From positions 330,001 to 362,000 of the forward strand of contig NC_010085.1 in assembly GCF_000018465.1 (NCBI RefSeq): a DNA stretch of 32,000 nucleotides. The letters run 5' to 3'. Positions 10,670-18,547 of this stretch are shown one piece after another (position 1 is the first letter of the stretch; every line of letters begins with the position of its first letter). The notes below the pieces were generated by a model. It was not told the origin of the DNA. It saw only the letters and a program-made list of their open reading frames with translations, and did not search any database. Both the position numbers and the translations under genes were made by a program. The DNA comes from Nitrosopumilus maritimus SCM1. Lineage in GTDB: Archaea > Thermoproteota > Nitrososphaeria > Nitrososphaerales > Nitrosopumilaceae.

Positions 10670-11179
10670 ATGTTTGGTAGAAAACCTCAACTCAAAGAAG
10701 GAGTTCATGTATTTTCTGTAAGAGATAATGGTGATTTCAAGGACTTTATCTTTGCAACAGTTACAGGTGTTGAGGGCAGAAAAGTTGGGGTCAGTGGAGT
10801 TCTAGTAAATCCAGTTGGTCTGAAAAACAAAATAGAACAAGGAAAGACTGGAGAACGTTCATTGGAAATTCTAAAGAATCCCACTCCAGACAATGTTGTT
10901 TTGGCTCTAGTGTACAGAGTTGAACATGAAAACTTTGCAGATGTATTGGATCTTGACCAAGACAAATGTGATCTCATTCCACCTAAGGTCTATACTATGC
11001 TAGATGGATGGATTCGTGAATCCCTACCTGAGTTTATCAATACTGTCTTGTCTTTGCCTCCAGGTGCAGAACGTGATGAGGCAAAACGTGTACTCAAAAA
11101 TAGAATGGATACTCTGATTGACAAGAATTTAAAACGAACACTTTATTCTGTTTGTCGAAGCCTCAAAATTCTAAATTAG
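10670..11179 (+). CDS. Conserved hypothetical protein (soluble, 169 aa)
   Basis: Intact ORF starting MFGRKPQLKEG; TATA-like element (cccataaata) about 25 nt upstream of the ATG. Confidence 0.7.
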   Translation: MFGRKPQLKEGVHVFSVRDNGDFKDFIFATVTGVEGRKVGVSGVLVNPVGLKNKIEQGKTGERSLEILKNPTPDNVVLALVYRVEHENFADVLDLDQDKCDLIPPKVYTMLDGWIRESLPEFINTVLSLPPGAERDEAKRVLKNRMDTLIDKNLKRTLYSVCRSLKILN

Positions 11180-11229
11180 GCACAAGTTCACAGTAGTTTT
11201 ATATTATCGAGCATGAAAATCCCGATACA

Positions 11230-11547
11230 ATGGAATATGTTTACGCTGCTTTACTTCTTCACAAGCTAGAGAAAGAAGTTAACGAGGCAAACGTCAGCTC
11301 AGTTGTTAAAGCATCTGGTGCTGAAGTTAATGAAGCCCAAGTTAAAGCACTAGTTGCAGCCTTAGCCGATGTTAACATCGATGAGGCAGTTAAAGCCGCA
11401 CCTGTAGCAGTCGCAGCAGCAGCCGCACCAGCCGCAGATGGCGGAGATGCAGCAGCCGGTGGTGAAGCAAAGAAAGAGGAAAAACCTAAAGAAGAAGGTA
11501 AAACCGAAGAAGCAGCCATGGAAGGATTATCTTCATTATTTGGCTAA
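11230..11547 (+). CDS. rpl12: Ribosomal protein P1/L12 (archaeal)
   Basis: [14 protein letters not shown]-terminus, Ala-rich hinge, charged region and conserved C-terminal [13 protein letters not shown]; TATA-like element ttttatatta upstream. Confidence 0.95.
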   Translation: MEYVYAALLLHKLEKEVNEANVSSVVKASGAEVNEAQVKALVAALADVNIDEAVKAAPVAVAAAAAPAADGGDAAAGGEAKKEEKPKEEGKTEEAAMEGLSSLFG

Positions 11548-11629
11548 ACGAGTTTACTTTTCTCAAAATCTATTTTTGATCTCCATTTTTATCAATTCTT
11601 AATTACCAATATCTCGATGTTTGCATTGA

Positions 11630-12262
11630 ATGGTAGATTATTCTTCTGAACTTGGATCGTTTATCACCATTTTAGATTATTTGGGAACAATTGCTTTTGC
11701 AGTAACTGGAGCTTCAAAAGCAATTGCACATAGAGCTGACATTTTTGGAATAATTGTTTTGGCAACTGTAGTTGGAGTTGCAGGTGGAATAACACGTGAT
11801 GTGACATTTGGAAGATTTCCTAATGCCTTCTCTGATCCAATATACATTGGATTAACTGTAGCAGTTGGAATTGCAATGTTCTTTTTGTATAGAAAACTCC
11901 AAAAACGAATGGGTACTTGGTTAGTCTTTGATGCAGTTGGATTGGGTGTCTTTTCGATTTTGGGAGCTTCAATTGCACATCAAGTAGTTGGTCTGGAATT
12001 TCTTCCAATGTTGTTAGCTGGAGTAATAACTGCAATTGGTGGTGGAATACTACGTGATGTATTTGTCAGAGAGATCCCAATTGTTTTTGTAAAAGAAGTG
12101 TATGCTGTAGCAAGTGTAATTGGTATTGTAGTGTTTTATGCAATACTTTCATCTGATATAGATATTCAAACTGCGTCCGTTGTTGGCATATCTATCACAA
12201 CTGCAATTAGATTACTTGCAATGAAGTATAATTGGAATTTGCCAAAAGTCCAGGAATCTTGA
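11630..12262 (+). CDS. UPF0126 / TRIC-like trimeric intracellular cation channel family membrane protein
   Basis: Two homologous membrane halves with GVAGGITRDV and AIGGGILRDV motifs. Confidence 0.85.
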   Translation: MVDYSSELGSFITILDYLGTIAFAVTGASKAIAHRADIFGIIVLATVVGVAGGITRDVTFGRFPNAFSDPIYIGLTVAVGIAMFFLYRKLQKRMGTWLVFDAVGLGVFSILGASIAHQVVGLEFLPMLLAGVITAIGGGILRDVFVREIPIVFVKEVYAVASVIGIVVFYAILSSDIDIQTASVVGISITTAIRLLAMKYNWNLPKVQES

Positions 12263-12390
12263 ATAAAATGTGCCCAAAATAACCTCAATTTTTTAAATTA
12301 TTATTTTAGCAATTTAATTACAGATACAATTCCATTATTTTTCCATCATTTGTTATACACATTTTTAAGTAAATCTCATACTGGAAAATC

Positions 12391-12768
12391 ATGACAATAC
12401 AGGCTCTAGTTGTTGATGATGATCAGAATGTATTGAACACTTTTGTAGATTTGTTAGATATATGTAAAATCAATGTTGTTGGAACTGCTAAAAATGGCAA
12501 AGAAGCAATTGAACAATTCAAAAAATTAACTCCAGATTTAGTATTTTTAGATATTATGATGCCTGAATTTGATGGTCGTTATGCTTTGAGGGAAATCAGA
12601 AATATTGATCAGAATATACCTGTAGTCATGATTTCTGGCGGAGATGATGATGCGATTGACAAATTATTGGAATTCAAACCCTCAGCTGTTCTTCACAAAC
12701 CATTTCGAATGAATACTTTATTGGATATTTTAAAAAATGAATTAAAATTGGAACTAGATTCTAACTAA
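12391..12768 (+). CDS. Stand-alone response regulator receiver domain
   Basis: VVDDDQNV acidic patch, LVFLDIMMPEFDG phosphoacceptor, and HKPF; no output domain. Confidence 0.92.
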   Translation: MTIQALVVDDDQNVLNTFVDLLDICKINVVGTAKNGKEAIEQFKKLTPDLVFLDIMMPEFDGRYALREIRNIDQNIPVVMISGGDDDAIDKLLEFKPSAVLHKPFRMNTLLDILKNELKLELDSN

Positions 12769-12778
12769 AAAAGAAAAG

Positions 12779-13666
12779 TTATTGGGATTGCACCCATTCG
12801 TAGATGAATTTGACTTGTTCCATCATAATTGCATTTACCTGAATTATTTTTTCTTCCAATTCTTCTATTGTCTCTAGAAGCATCTGATTTTCTTCTTCAA
12901 GTTCTGCAATTCTTTGTTCTAGTCTGAGAATTTGTTCGTTATCTGTAGGATATGATTCTGGATATTCGTACTCTTCAAAATCATATTCTCTGTAGTCGTA
13001 TTCTGGATAGTCGTCATCATAATAGTAATCCTCATCATGTGTTTCATCCTCATATTTCTCAAAGAATATTACAACTCGTTTTGCTTCTTCGTGACTCAAG
13101 TCAGTTTCAGAGACGATTAGTTCTACTAGTTGATCAATTTCACCTGCTTCCCAGAGTCTTTGTATCTTCTCCATGGATACTAATTTCATAATTCTGTCTA
13201 CTAGTGGTTCAATTGATTTCCATTCAGGATCGTTTTCATAAAATTCATCATCTTCTTTTTCATGTTCGTCATAGTATTGTCTTGACTGCTCATCAAGATT
13301 GCGTAATTCATTTTCAAATGACTCATCAAGCTCGCCAAATTGTTTTATCATTTCTGATTCCAAAGCTTTTTCTTTTTCCTCAAATTCTAAAAACAATTCG
13401 TAAAACATTGCATCAATTTCTGAATAACTAAGATCAGAATTACTATCTATTTTTTCATAAATTTCTGCTTTTAATTCTTCATAATGTTTGTCTAACTCGT
13501 CATATTTTTGCTCGAACTCTTTTTCAATCTGATGTCTTTTGTCTTCAAATTCATCTTCTAGTTGTTCGTATTTGTCATCCCACTCATCATATTCTGCCAT
13601 TGCCGGTGTAGTTAATCCTACAATCAAAATGGCAAATAATCCAAGTATTGGAAGTAATTTCTGCAT
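12779..13666 (-). CDS. Predicted secreted acidic coiled-coil protein
   Basis: Provided ORF extends to 13729; the likely start is internal MQKLLPILGLFAILIVGLTTPAMA (signal peptide) at 13666. The rest is Glu/Asp/Tyr-rich coiled coil. Confidence 0.75.
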   Translation of the reverse strand: MQKLLPILGLFAILIVGLTTPAMAEYDEWDDKYEQLEDEFEDKRHQIEKEFEQKYDELDKHYEELKAEIYEKIDSNSDLSYSEIDAMFYELFLEFEEKEKALESEMIKQFGELDESFENELRNLDEQSRQYYDEHEKEDDEFYENDPEWKSIEPLVDRIMKLVSMEKIQRLWEAGEIDQLVELIVSETDLSHEEAKRVVIFFEKYEDETHDEDYYYDDDYPEYDYREYDFEEYEYPESYPTDNEQILRLEQRIAELEEENQMLLETIEELEEKIIQVNAIMMEQVKFIYEWVQSQ

Positions 13667-13753
13667 TAGTTTGATGGATAAATTTTTACATTTAAAGGAA
13701 AATATCTTATGTGTAGTAACAGTTATCAATCAAAAACCAAGTTTGTACCTAAA

Positions 13754-13969
13754 TCATATATTGAGTTTGCCTGATTCTAACCCTTTCTTTACAATATCAA
13801 TTAGTTCTTCAACTGTACATGTTCGTAGTGATTCAGGCAAAGATTCTACATCAAATGATTGGAACTTGCCAATTTTTTTTCGTACTAACATTTTGACAAT
13901 TCCTGGAACATCATCTTCAAATTTCTGACTAATGTGCTCTAGAATTTCATTTTCTTCTTTTTTCTTCAT
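13754..13969 (-). CDS. Small hypothetical protein (71 aa)
   Basis: ORF whose start overlaps the stop of 13966..14403 by 4 nt, suggesting translational coupling. Confidence 0.6.
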   Translation of the reverse strand: MKKKEENEILEHISQKFEDDVPGIVKMLVRKKIGKFQSFDVESLPESLRTCTVEELIDIVKKGLESGKLNI

Positions 13970-14403
13970 CTTTTACCACACCTCATGCATTTGTAATATC
14001 CAATATCTGATGTATGTTCTCCTGGCTCTTCAATTCTTTCTTCTGAGATAAACTCAAAATCTTCTGAACCACATGATTCACATTTTCTTGGATTGTATTC
14101 TAAATCTTCAAATTCCTTTTTTAGTCTCAGATATTCATATTTTGAGATTTTTTCTTCAATGTATTTTTTCTCTAAAATCCTTAATGCCTCATCATTTTGT
14201 GCCCGTTCTTCTTCATTAATTGGATCTACTCTTCTGTAATTTAGAACCGAATCTTTTTGGAATGTTTTTTGTTTTTTTGCATACCAAATTATGCCTATCA
14301 CGAGTCCCAAACCCACTACCAATCCGTATGGAAAAGGCAAAACTGTCTGAAGCAAGAAAAAAGCAATAATTGCCACTACTATGGCAAAGAACATCGCTTT
14401 CAT
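13966..14403 (-). CDS. Membrane protein with SHOCT-like helical segment and C-terminal zinc ribbon
   Basis: Two N-terminal hydrophobic helices; EALRILEKKYIEEKISKYEYLRLKKEFE resembles SHOCT; CESCGS...CMRCGKR forms CxxC...CxxC. Confidence 0.7.
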   Translation of the reverse strand: MKAMFFAIVVAIIAFFLLQTVLPFPYGLVVGLGLVIGIIWYAKKQKTFQKDSVLNYRRVDPINEEERAQNDEALRILEKKYIEEKISKYEYLRLKKEFEDLEYNPRKCESCGSEDFEFISEERIEEPGEHTSDIGYYKCMRCGKR

Positions 14404-14404
14404 A

Positions 14405-15478
14405 TTACTCTGAGTTGAATCTTAGTATTTTAGGTGCAAGAATCATTCCTACTATTCCTGAAACAATTCCTCCTGGAACACTCATCATCCAATGTTTGAA
14501 AACAACATCCGATGATGTTGGCAAAACATCGTATGGGAATATGTCGTTGTGCAGATAAATTTCTAAAAATGTCATTGAAAGCATTGGAAAACTAAATGCA
14601 AAAAACATTGAACCCAGTATTGCACCTGCAATTTTTCCTGAATGTTTTTGTAATATTTTTGATTTCCATTTTTTGTTAAAAATATAGTCTGCAACAATTG
14701 CACTAATCATTGGTGCTGCAAACCATGGAAGATATGACATGATGTCTTCAGATGTAAATATGTTTGATGATATGTTCATCACGATAAATGTTAGTGCTGC
14801 ACCACTTGTTGCACCAAATCTTTTCTGTGTCTTTGATGATGTCCAAAATATTAGAGAATATGCAAATGGAATTAAGATAAAACTTAGTACAATTGCAACA
14901 TTGGGGTCAGGATTGAAATTATGAGTTTCTCCTTCTGAAATTGGTAACACAAAAAAGAAGATTAACCACATTATGCTAAACCAAAAAATTCCATATGTTA
15001 TTGGTAAGATTATTTTAAAGAAAGAATTTTTTTCTTCCAAGTGGAAATTAATTCGTGAAAATCCAATAACAGAGCCTACCAATGTAGTTAGAATTCCTAA
15101 TGCAAGTGTAATGTGAGTTGGACTAAGCAGTCCATCTAATCCAAATAACTCATGCCAGTAAAAATCTCCTGGCCCTGCGGCAACTTGAATCATTGAACCT
15201 ATTATGATTAGCTTGAGTCCCATTGCAAATGACTCTGTTCTGAGTTCCTTTCTTCTGAGATACACAACAGAACTCATTATTGCACTAATTACACTAATTC
15301 CTACACCAAGATACAAAATTCCGTGTGATGGTGTAAAGAATGTCTCAGGTTCTCTTAGCAAATGTGATGTGATATCCCAACTTGCCCCCCACATTGCTAG
15401 TGTAGTTCCAGATAATGCTACAAGGAATACAATTGCAGGAAATTTCACTTGAGATTTTTGCAAATATTCTGTTGCCAA
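14405..15478 (-). CDS. Polytopic membrane protein of unknown function
   Basis: 357-aa hydrophobic ORF with about 9-10 TM helices; polar motifs WDITSH...TPSH and WHELFGLDGLLSPTH. Confidence 0.75.
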   Translation of the reverse strand: MATEYLQKSQVKFPAIVFLVALSGTTLAMWGASWDITSHLLREPETFFTPSHGILYLGVGISVISAIMSSVVYLRRKELRTESFAMGLKLIIIGSMIQVAAGPGDFYWHELFGLDGLLSPTHITLALGILTTLVGSVIGFSRINFHLEEKNSFFKIILPITYGIFWFSIMWLIFFFVLPISEGETHNFNPDPNVAIVLSFILIPFAYSLIFWTSSKTQKRFGATSGAALTFIVMNISSNIFTSEDIMSYLPWFAAPMISAIVADYIFNKKWKSKILQKHSGKIAGAILGSMFFAFSFPMLSMTFLEIYLHNDIFPYDVLPTSSDVVFKHWMMSVPGGIVSGIVGMILAPKILRFNSE

Positions 15479-15557
15479 CAGTTCAAACCATAGTTATTAT
15501 GTTCATAAATGATTCTACTTTAATTGCTAGTTGCCACTTGAAAGAATTGTTTTTGTT

Positions 15558-16424
15558 TTATGCTGGGGTGTAATCTTTTGCTTGACCTGCAACTGCTCTT
15601 GCTTGAGCATCTGCCTTTTGCAAGATTTGCTCTTTAGTCTCATCAGTCATGTATCCTGATTCAACAGAAACAGAACGTGCTGATTGTGCTGCTTTTGCCA
15701 ATATTTGTTCGATGTTTTCTGGTGTGACATATGCTGCCTCAATAGATAATGAAATTGCTTCTTGGTGTGCTTGTGCAAATTCGTCTCTTACTTTCTCAAC
15801 ATCAATTATCATCTCTTCTTCAGCATACTTGAGTCCGTCTTCAAGTGCTGTGAATAATGTAATTCCTGCTTCTACCGGTTTGATGTCTAATTTACCTAAA
15901 ATTGCTGCAAGTTTCTCATTGATTGCCTCACCTTTGAGTACTGGTGTGGAATCTTTTGCAATCCAGATTGTACCTTGATCAATCTTAGTTGGGATTCCTG
16001 CTTCTTTGAATTCTGTAAGCATTGGTCCTGGAGCGATTCCCGTGTTCTTTGCTGGAACTACAACATCAACACTTGCAATATCTCCACCTCTTGCCATCAT
16101 CATGATTTTGTTCTTTGCCAAGAGTACGTTAAGTTTGAATGGTGACATGTTTGTAAACATGATCATTACTTGTCCTTTGAATTCTCCAATCATGTCTTTC
16201 ATTCCAGGAATGTCTGAATTCTCTAATGCTTTTTGTGCAACTTTGTCTTTAACACTGAAAAACTCTACATCGTCTTTGAGAGTTTTTCTTAAAGGTAGTA
16301 TCTGAGTAGAACGTACCTTGTTCATTTTGATAATTGCCATTACTTTGTATTTTTTTGGTAGCTCTTGTAATTGCTGATACATCTGTGTTTTTCTCTTTGG
16401 ATAAGAGGTTCTATTTTCATGCAA
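15558..16424 (-). CDS. rpl10: Ribosomal protein L10/P0 (archaeal)
   Basis: 288-aa ORF; KYKVMAIIKMNKVRSTQILPLRKTLKDD, GDIASVDVVVPAKNTGIAPGPMLTEFKEAGIPTKI; adjacent to rpl1. Confidence 0.93.
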   Translation of the reverse strand: MHENRTSYPKRKTQMYQQLQELPKKYKVMAIIKMNKVRSTQILPLRKTLKDDVEFFSVKDKVAQKALENSDIPGMKDMIGEFKGQVMIMFTNMSPFKLNVLLAKNKIMMMARGGDIASVDVVVPAKNTGIAPGPMLTEFKEAGIPTKIDQGTIWIAKDSTPVLKGEAINEKLAAILGKLDIKPVEAGITLFTALEDGLKYAEEEMIIDVEKVRDEFAQAHQEAISLSIEAAYVTPENIEQILAKAAQSARSVSVESGYMTDETKEQILQKADAQARAVAGQAKDYTPA

Positions 16425-17088
16425 ACTTCTTCTTAACCTCTTGTAGTTGTTTGATTGGTTTTCCCATTGTGGTTTTGATCATGACTCTTTTCATGTTCTT
16501 CTCACCGTTTGGTAATTTCTTTTCAATTGCACTTAGAACTGCATGTGCATTTATTGCCAAGTCTGCATCTTCCATTGTTTCATCTCCAATCTTGCATGAA
16601 ACAGAAAGTGATGCTCTTGTTCTAACTTTAATTGATGATCTAAATCTAGACAAAAATGATTCAATAGGTGCATTAAATGGAACTGGTGTTGGCATCTTTC
16701 CTCTAGGACCTAATAGCTGACCCAAAGTTTTACCAACTGTTGGCATGATTTGTGTGTCTGCCAAAAAGAAATCATATTTGTTGATGAATTTCCTAGACTC
16801 TCTTTTGTTTGCTCCAAATTTGTCTAGTTCTTCATTTCCGATAACAGAGTCTGCTTTTGCTGCTTTTGCTTTTGTTCCCATGTCTCCTGTTGCAATGACG
16901 CAAACTGTTGCAGGAGAACTGGTCTTTGGAAGTTGAACAACTTCATTGAGTGCAAATCCTTTCTTGACATCAATATCTTTGAAATTGACAATCAACTCTA
17001 TTGACTGCTTGAACTTTTTTGCTTTGGTTGCAGCCTTTGCTTCTTTTACTATGTCAACTAGTTGAGCCTCTGTAATCATTACGAACAA
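16417..17088 (-). CDS. rpl1: Ribosomal protein L1 (archaeal)
   Basis: LGQLLGPRGKMPTPVP and SCKIGDETMEDADLAINAHAVLSAIEKKLPNGEKNMKRVMIKTTMGKP. The start may be the internal MITEAQ. Confidence 0.95.
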   Translation of the reverse strand: MFVMITEAQLVDIVKEAKAATKAKKFKQSIELIVNFKDIDVKKGFALNEVVQLPKTSSPATVCVIATGDMGTKAKAAKADSVIGNEELDKFGANKRESRKFINKYDFFLADTQIMPTVGKTLGQLLGPRGKMPTPVPFNAPIESFLSRFRSSIKVRTRASLSVSCKIGDETMEDADLAINAHAVLSAIEKKLPNGEKNMKRVMIKTTMGKPIKQLQEVKKKFA

Positions 17089-17246
17089 TTTCGAGAAAGC
17101 CTACTTAAAATCGTTTAGAGGCAGAGACTCTCTTGATGTAGATTATTTTAAAAAATTTCATTTTTTCCCCAAATTAATTGAAAATCAACATCAAATTCCT
17201 CTCAAAACCTACATATATTAAATCACAACGAGAATTTTCGAATATC

Positions 17247-17708
17247 TTGCATAGATTCGATGAATTAGACATGAAATTGCTTTTTGAGTTAACAAAAGAT
17301 GGTTCGATCTCAGTTCCAGTACTCTCAAAGAAACTAGGAATCAACGCATCTGTACTTTATAGCCGAATCAAGAGACTAGTCAAAAAGAAACTCATAAAGA
17401 AATTCACTGTCGAAATTGATGATTCCTTGTTAGGAATAGGTGTAAAAGCAAATGTTGGAATTAACAGAGATCCAAAGTTTAAAGAGGCAATTCACAAAAA
17501 ATTCATGGAAACACCTGAGGTTGTATCAATTTCGGAAGTCACTGGAAGATTTGATATTATGATCCAAGTATATTCCAAGAATCTTGAATCCCTTCACTCT
17601 GTTGTAATTGAGAAGATTGGAAAAATCGAAGGTGTTCAAAATACAGAGACCTTTGTAGAGTTACAAAAGACTGACAAAGATCCAGTATATCTCAATGAAT
17701 TGACATAA
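17247..17708 (+). CDS. Lrp/AsnC family transcriptional regulator
   Basis: Provided ORF 17178..17708. wHTH FDELDMKLLFELTKDGSISVPVLSKKLGINASVLYSRIKRLVKKKLIKKF followed by an AsnC ligand-binding domain. Start revised to TTG at 17247 because a TATA box lies inside the longer ORF. Confidence 0.8.
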   Translation: MHRFDELDMKLLFELTKDGSISVPVLSKKLGINASVLYSRIKRLVKKKLIKKFTVEIDDSLLGIGVKANVGINRDPKFKEAIHKKFMETPEVVSISEVTGRFDIMIQVYSKNLESLHSVVIEKIGKIEGVQNTETFVELQKTDKDPVYLNELT

Positions 17709-17747
17709 TACATCATCTATTAATAATCAAACAAATTAGTAATCATA

Positions 17748-17852
17748 ATGTCTGAAGATAAACAAATTTTCTATTGTGAGTTATCAAACAAGAAGAGAAA
17801 AGAACAGTATGGAATTGATACTGCACAAGAAAAATCTGAAAAAACACGATAA
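17748..17852 (+). CDS. Possible 34-aa microprotein (MSEDKQIFYCELSNKKRKEQYGIDTAQEKSEKTR)
   Basis: Manual translation of atgtctgaagataaa...aaaacacgataa; not in the provided ORF track. Confidence 0.4.
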   Translation: MSEDKQIFYCELSNKKRKEQYGIDTAQEKSEKTR

Positions 17853-17898
17853 ATACGAAATTATCAATGCTTAAGTCTGTAATACACATTATAGATTC

Positions 17899-18024
17899 AT
17901 GGGTGAAACCAAACTTTACATTTGTAAAAATTGTGGTTCTGAATTCCCCTCAACTGAAGTTAGACTGTATTGTAAGGTATGTAAATCAAATCTGGATAAA
18001 ACAGGCCAACTCCCAAAACTCTAA
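17899..18024 (+). CDS. 41-aa zinc-ribbon-like microprotein (MGETKLYICKNCGSEFPSTEVRLYCKVCKSNLDKTGQLPKL)
   Basis: Manual translation; CxxCG...CxxC pattern. Lies in another frame of the provided 17867..18085 ORF. Confidence 0.65.
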   Translation: MGETKLYICKNCGSEFPSTEVRLYCKVCKSNLDKTGQLPKL

Positions 18025-18057
18025 ATTCATAAGTTGCAAAATTTTGAATCATTTCAA

Positions 18058-18168
18058 ATGGACAAACGTGATGCTGCCTTTTTGATAGGAATTCTTGGAG
18101 GTACCGGAACTGCTGTAGGGATTGTGGTTCTTTTGGCAAACGGTTTTATCAAAAACCCATTTATCTAG
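18058..18168 (+). CDS. 36-aa single-TM microprotein (MDKRDAAFLIGILGGTGTAVGIVVLLANGFIKNPFI)
   Basis: Manual translation; one hydrophobic helix after a charged N-terminus. Confidence 0.5.
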   Translation: MDKRDAAFLIGILGGTGTAVGIVVLLANGFIKNPFI

Positions 18169-18188
18169 ACGCATTTTTTACAAATTTT

Positions 18189-18329
18189 ATGAAAACAGAA
18201 AATGAAGTTGCAGAATATAGAAAGGAAATTGAACAAAGATTGGTTAGTACTGAATCTATGGATGCAATGAAGTACTATCAAGGTGTTCTCAGAGCACTTG
18301 AATGGGTAGTTACAGGTAATGATGTTTAG
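18189..18329 (+). CDS. Possible 46-aa microprotein (MKTENEVAEYRKEIEQRLVSTESMDAMKYYQGVLRALEWVVTGNDV)
   Basis: Manual translation; plausible amphipathic helical composition. Confidence 0.5.
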   Translation: MKTENEVAEYRKEIEQRLVSTESMDAMKYYQGVLRALEWVVTGNDV

Positions 18330-18358
18330 GTTTTATACACAAAACCTGTAACTGTATC

Positions 18359-18547
18359 ATGAATTGCTTTATGTGCTCCAAGAAAAAAGAAGACTTTGAA
18401 GTTTGGAGTAACAAGATAGTAATTTCTGCAACTTATGATTCAAGAGTTCAAGATCATGATGTAATTCAAAAATTGTCTAGTCATGACGTGATTTGTCATA
18501 ATTGTATGCAGAAAATTTTAGATGATGTAGATGAAACCCGAGTTTAA
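18359..18547 (+). CDS. 62-aa putative metal-binding small protein
   Basis: MNCFMCSKKKEDFEV...HDVICHNCMQKILDD has two CxxC pairs. TATA-like ttttataca about 25 nt upstream of the ATG. Confidence 0.6.
   Translation: MNCFMCSKKKEDFEVWSNKIVISATYDSRVQDHDVIQKLSSHDVICHNCMQKILDDVDETRV

Noticed and set aside
11259-11519. Minus-strand ORF rich in Ala/Ser opposite rpl12
   Set aside because: Reverse complement of the Ala-rich hinge of P1.
7401-15478. Possible defence or mobile island in the hypothetical-gene region
   Set aside because: No nuclease, toxin, reverse transcriptase, integrase, inverted repeats or composition shift visible; genes look like ordinary lineage-specific core genes.
15649-16936. 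Forward ORFs 15649..15978, 16006..16305, 16334..16720, 16745..16936
   Set aside because: Antisense to rpl10 and rpl1, whose motifs are unambiguous; length follows from codon bias.
17867-18085. 72-aa forward ORF
   Set aside because: The alternative frame encodes a cleaner zinc-ribbon protein at 17899..18024; this frame is AT-biased hydrophobic noise.
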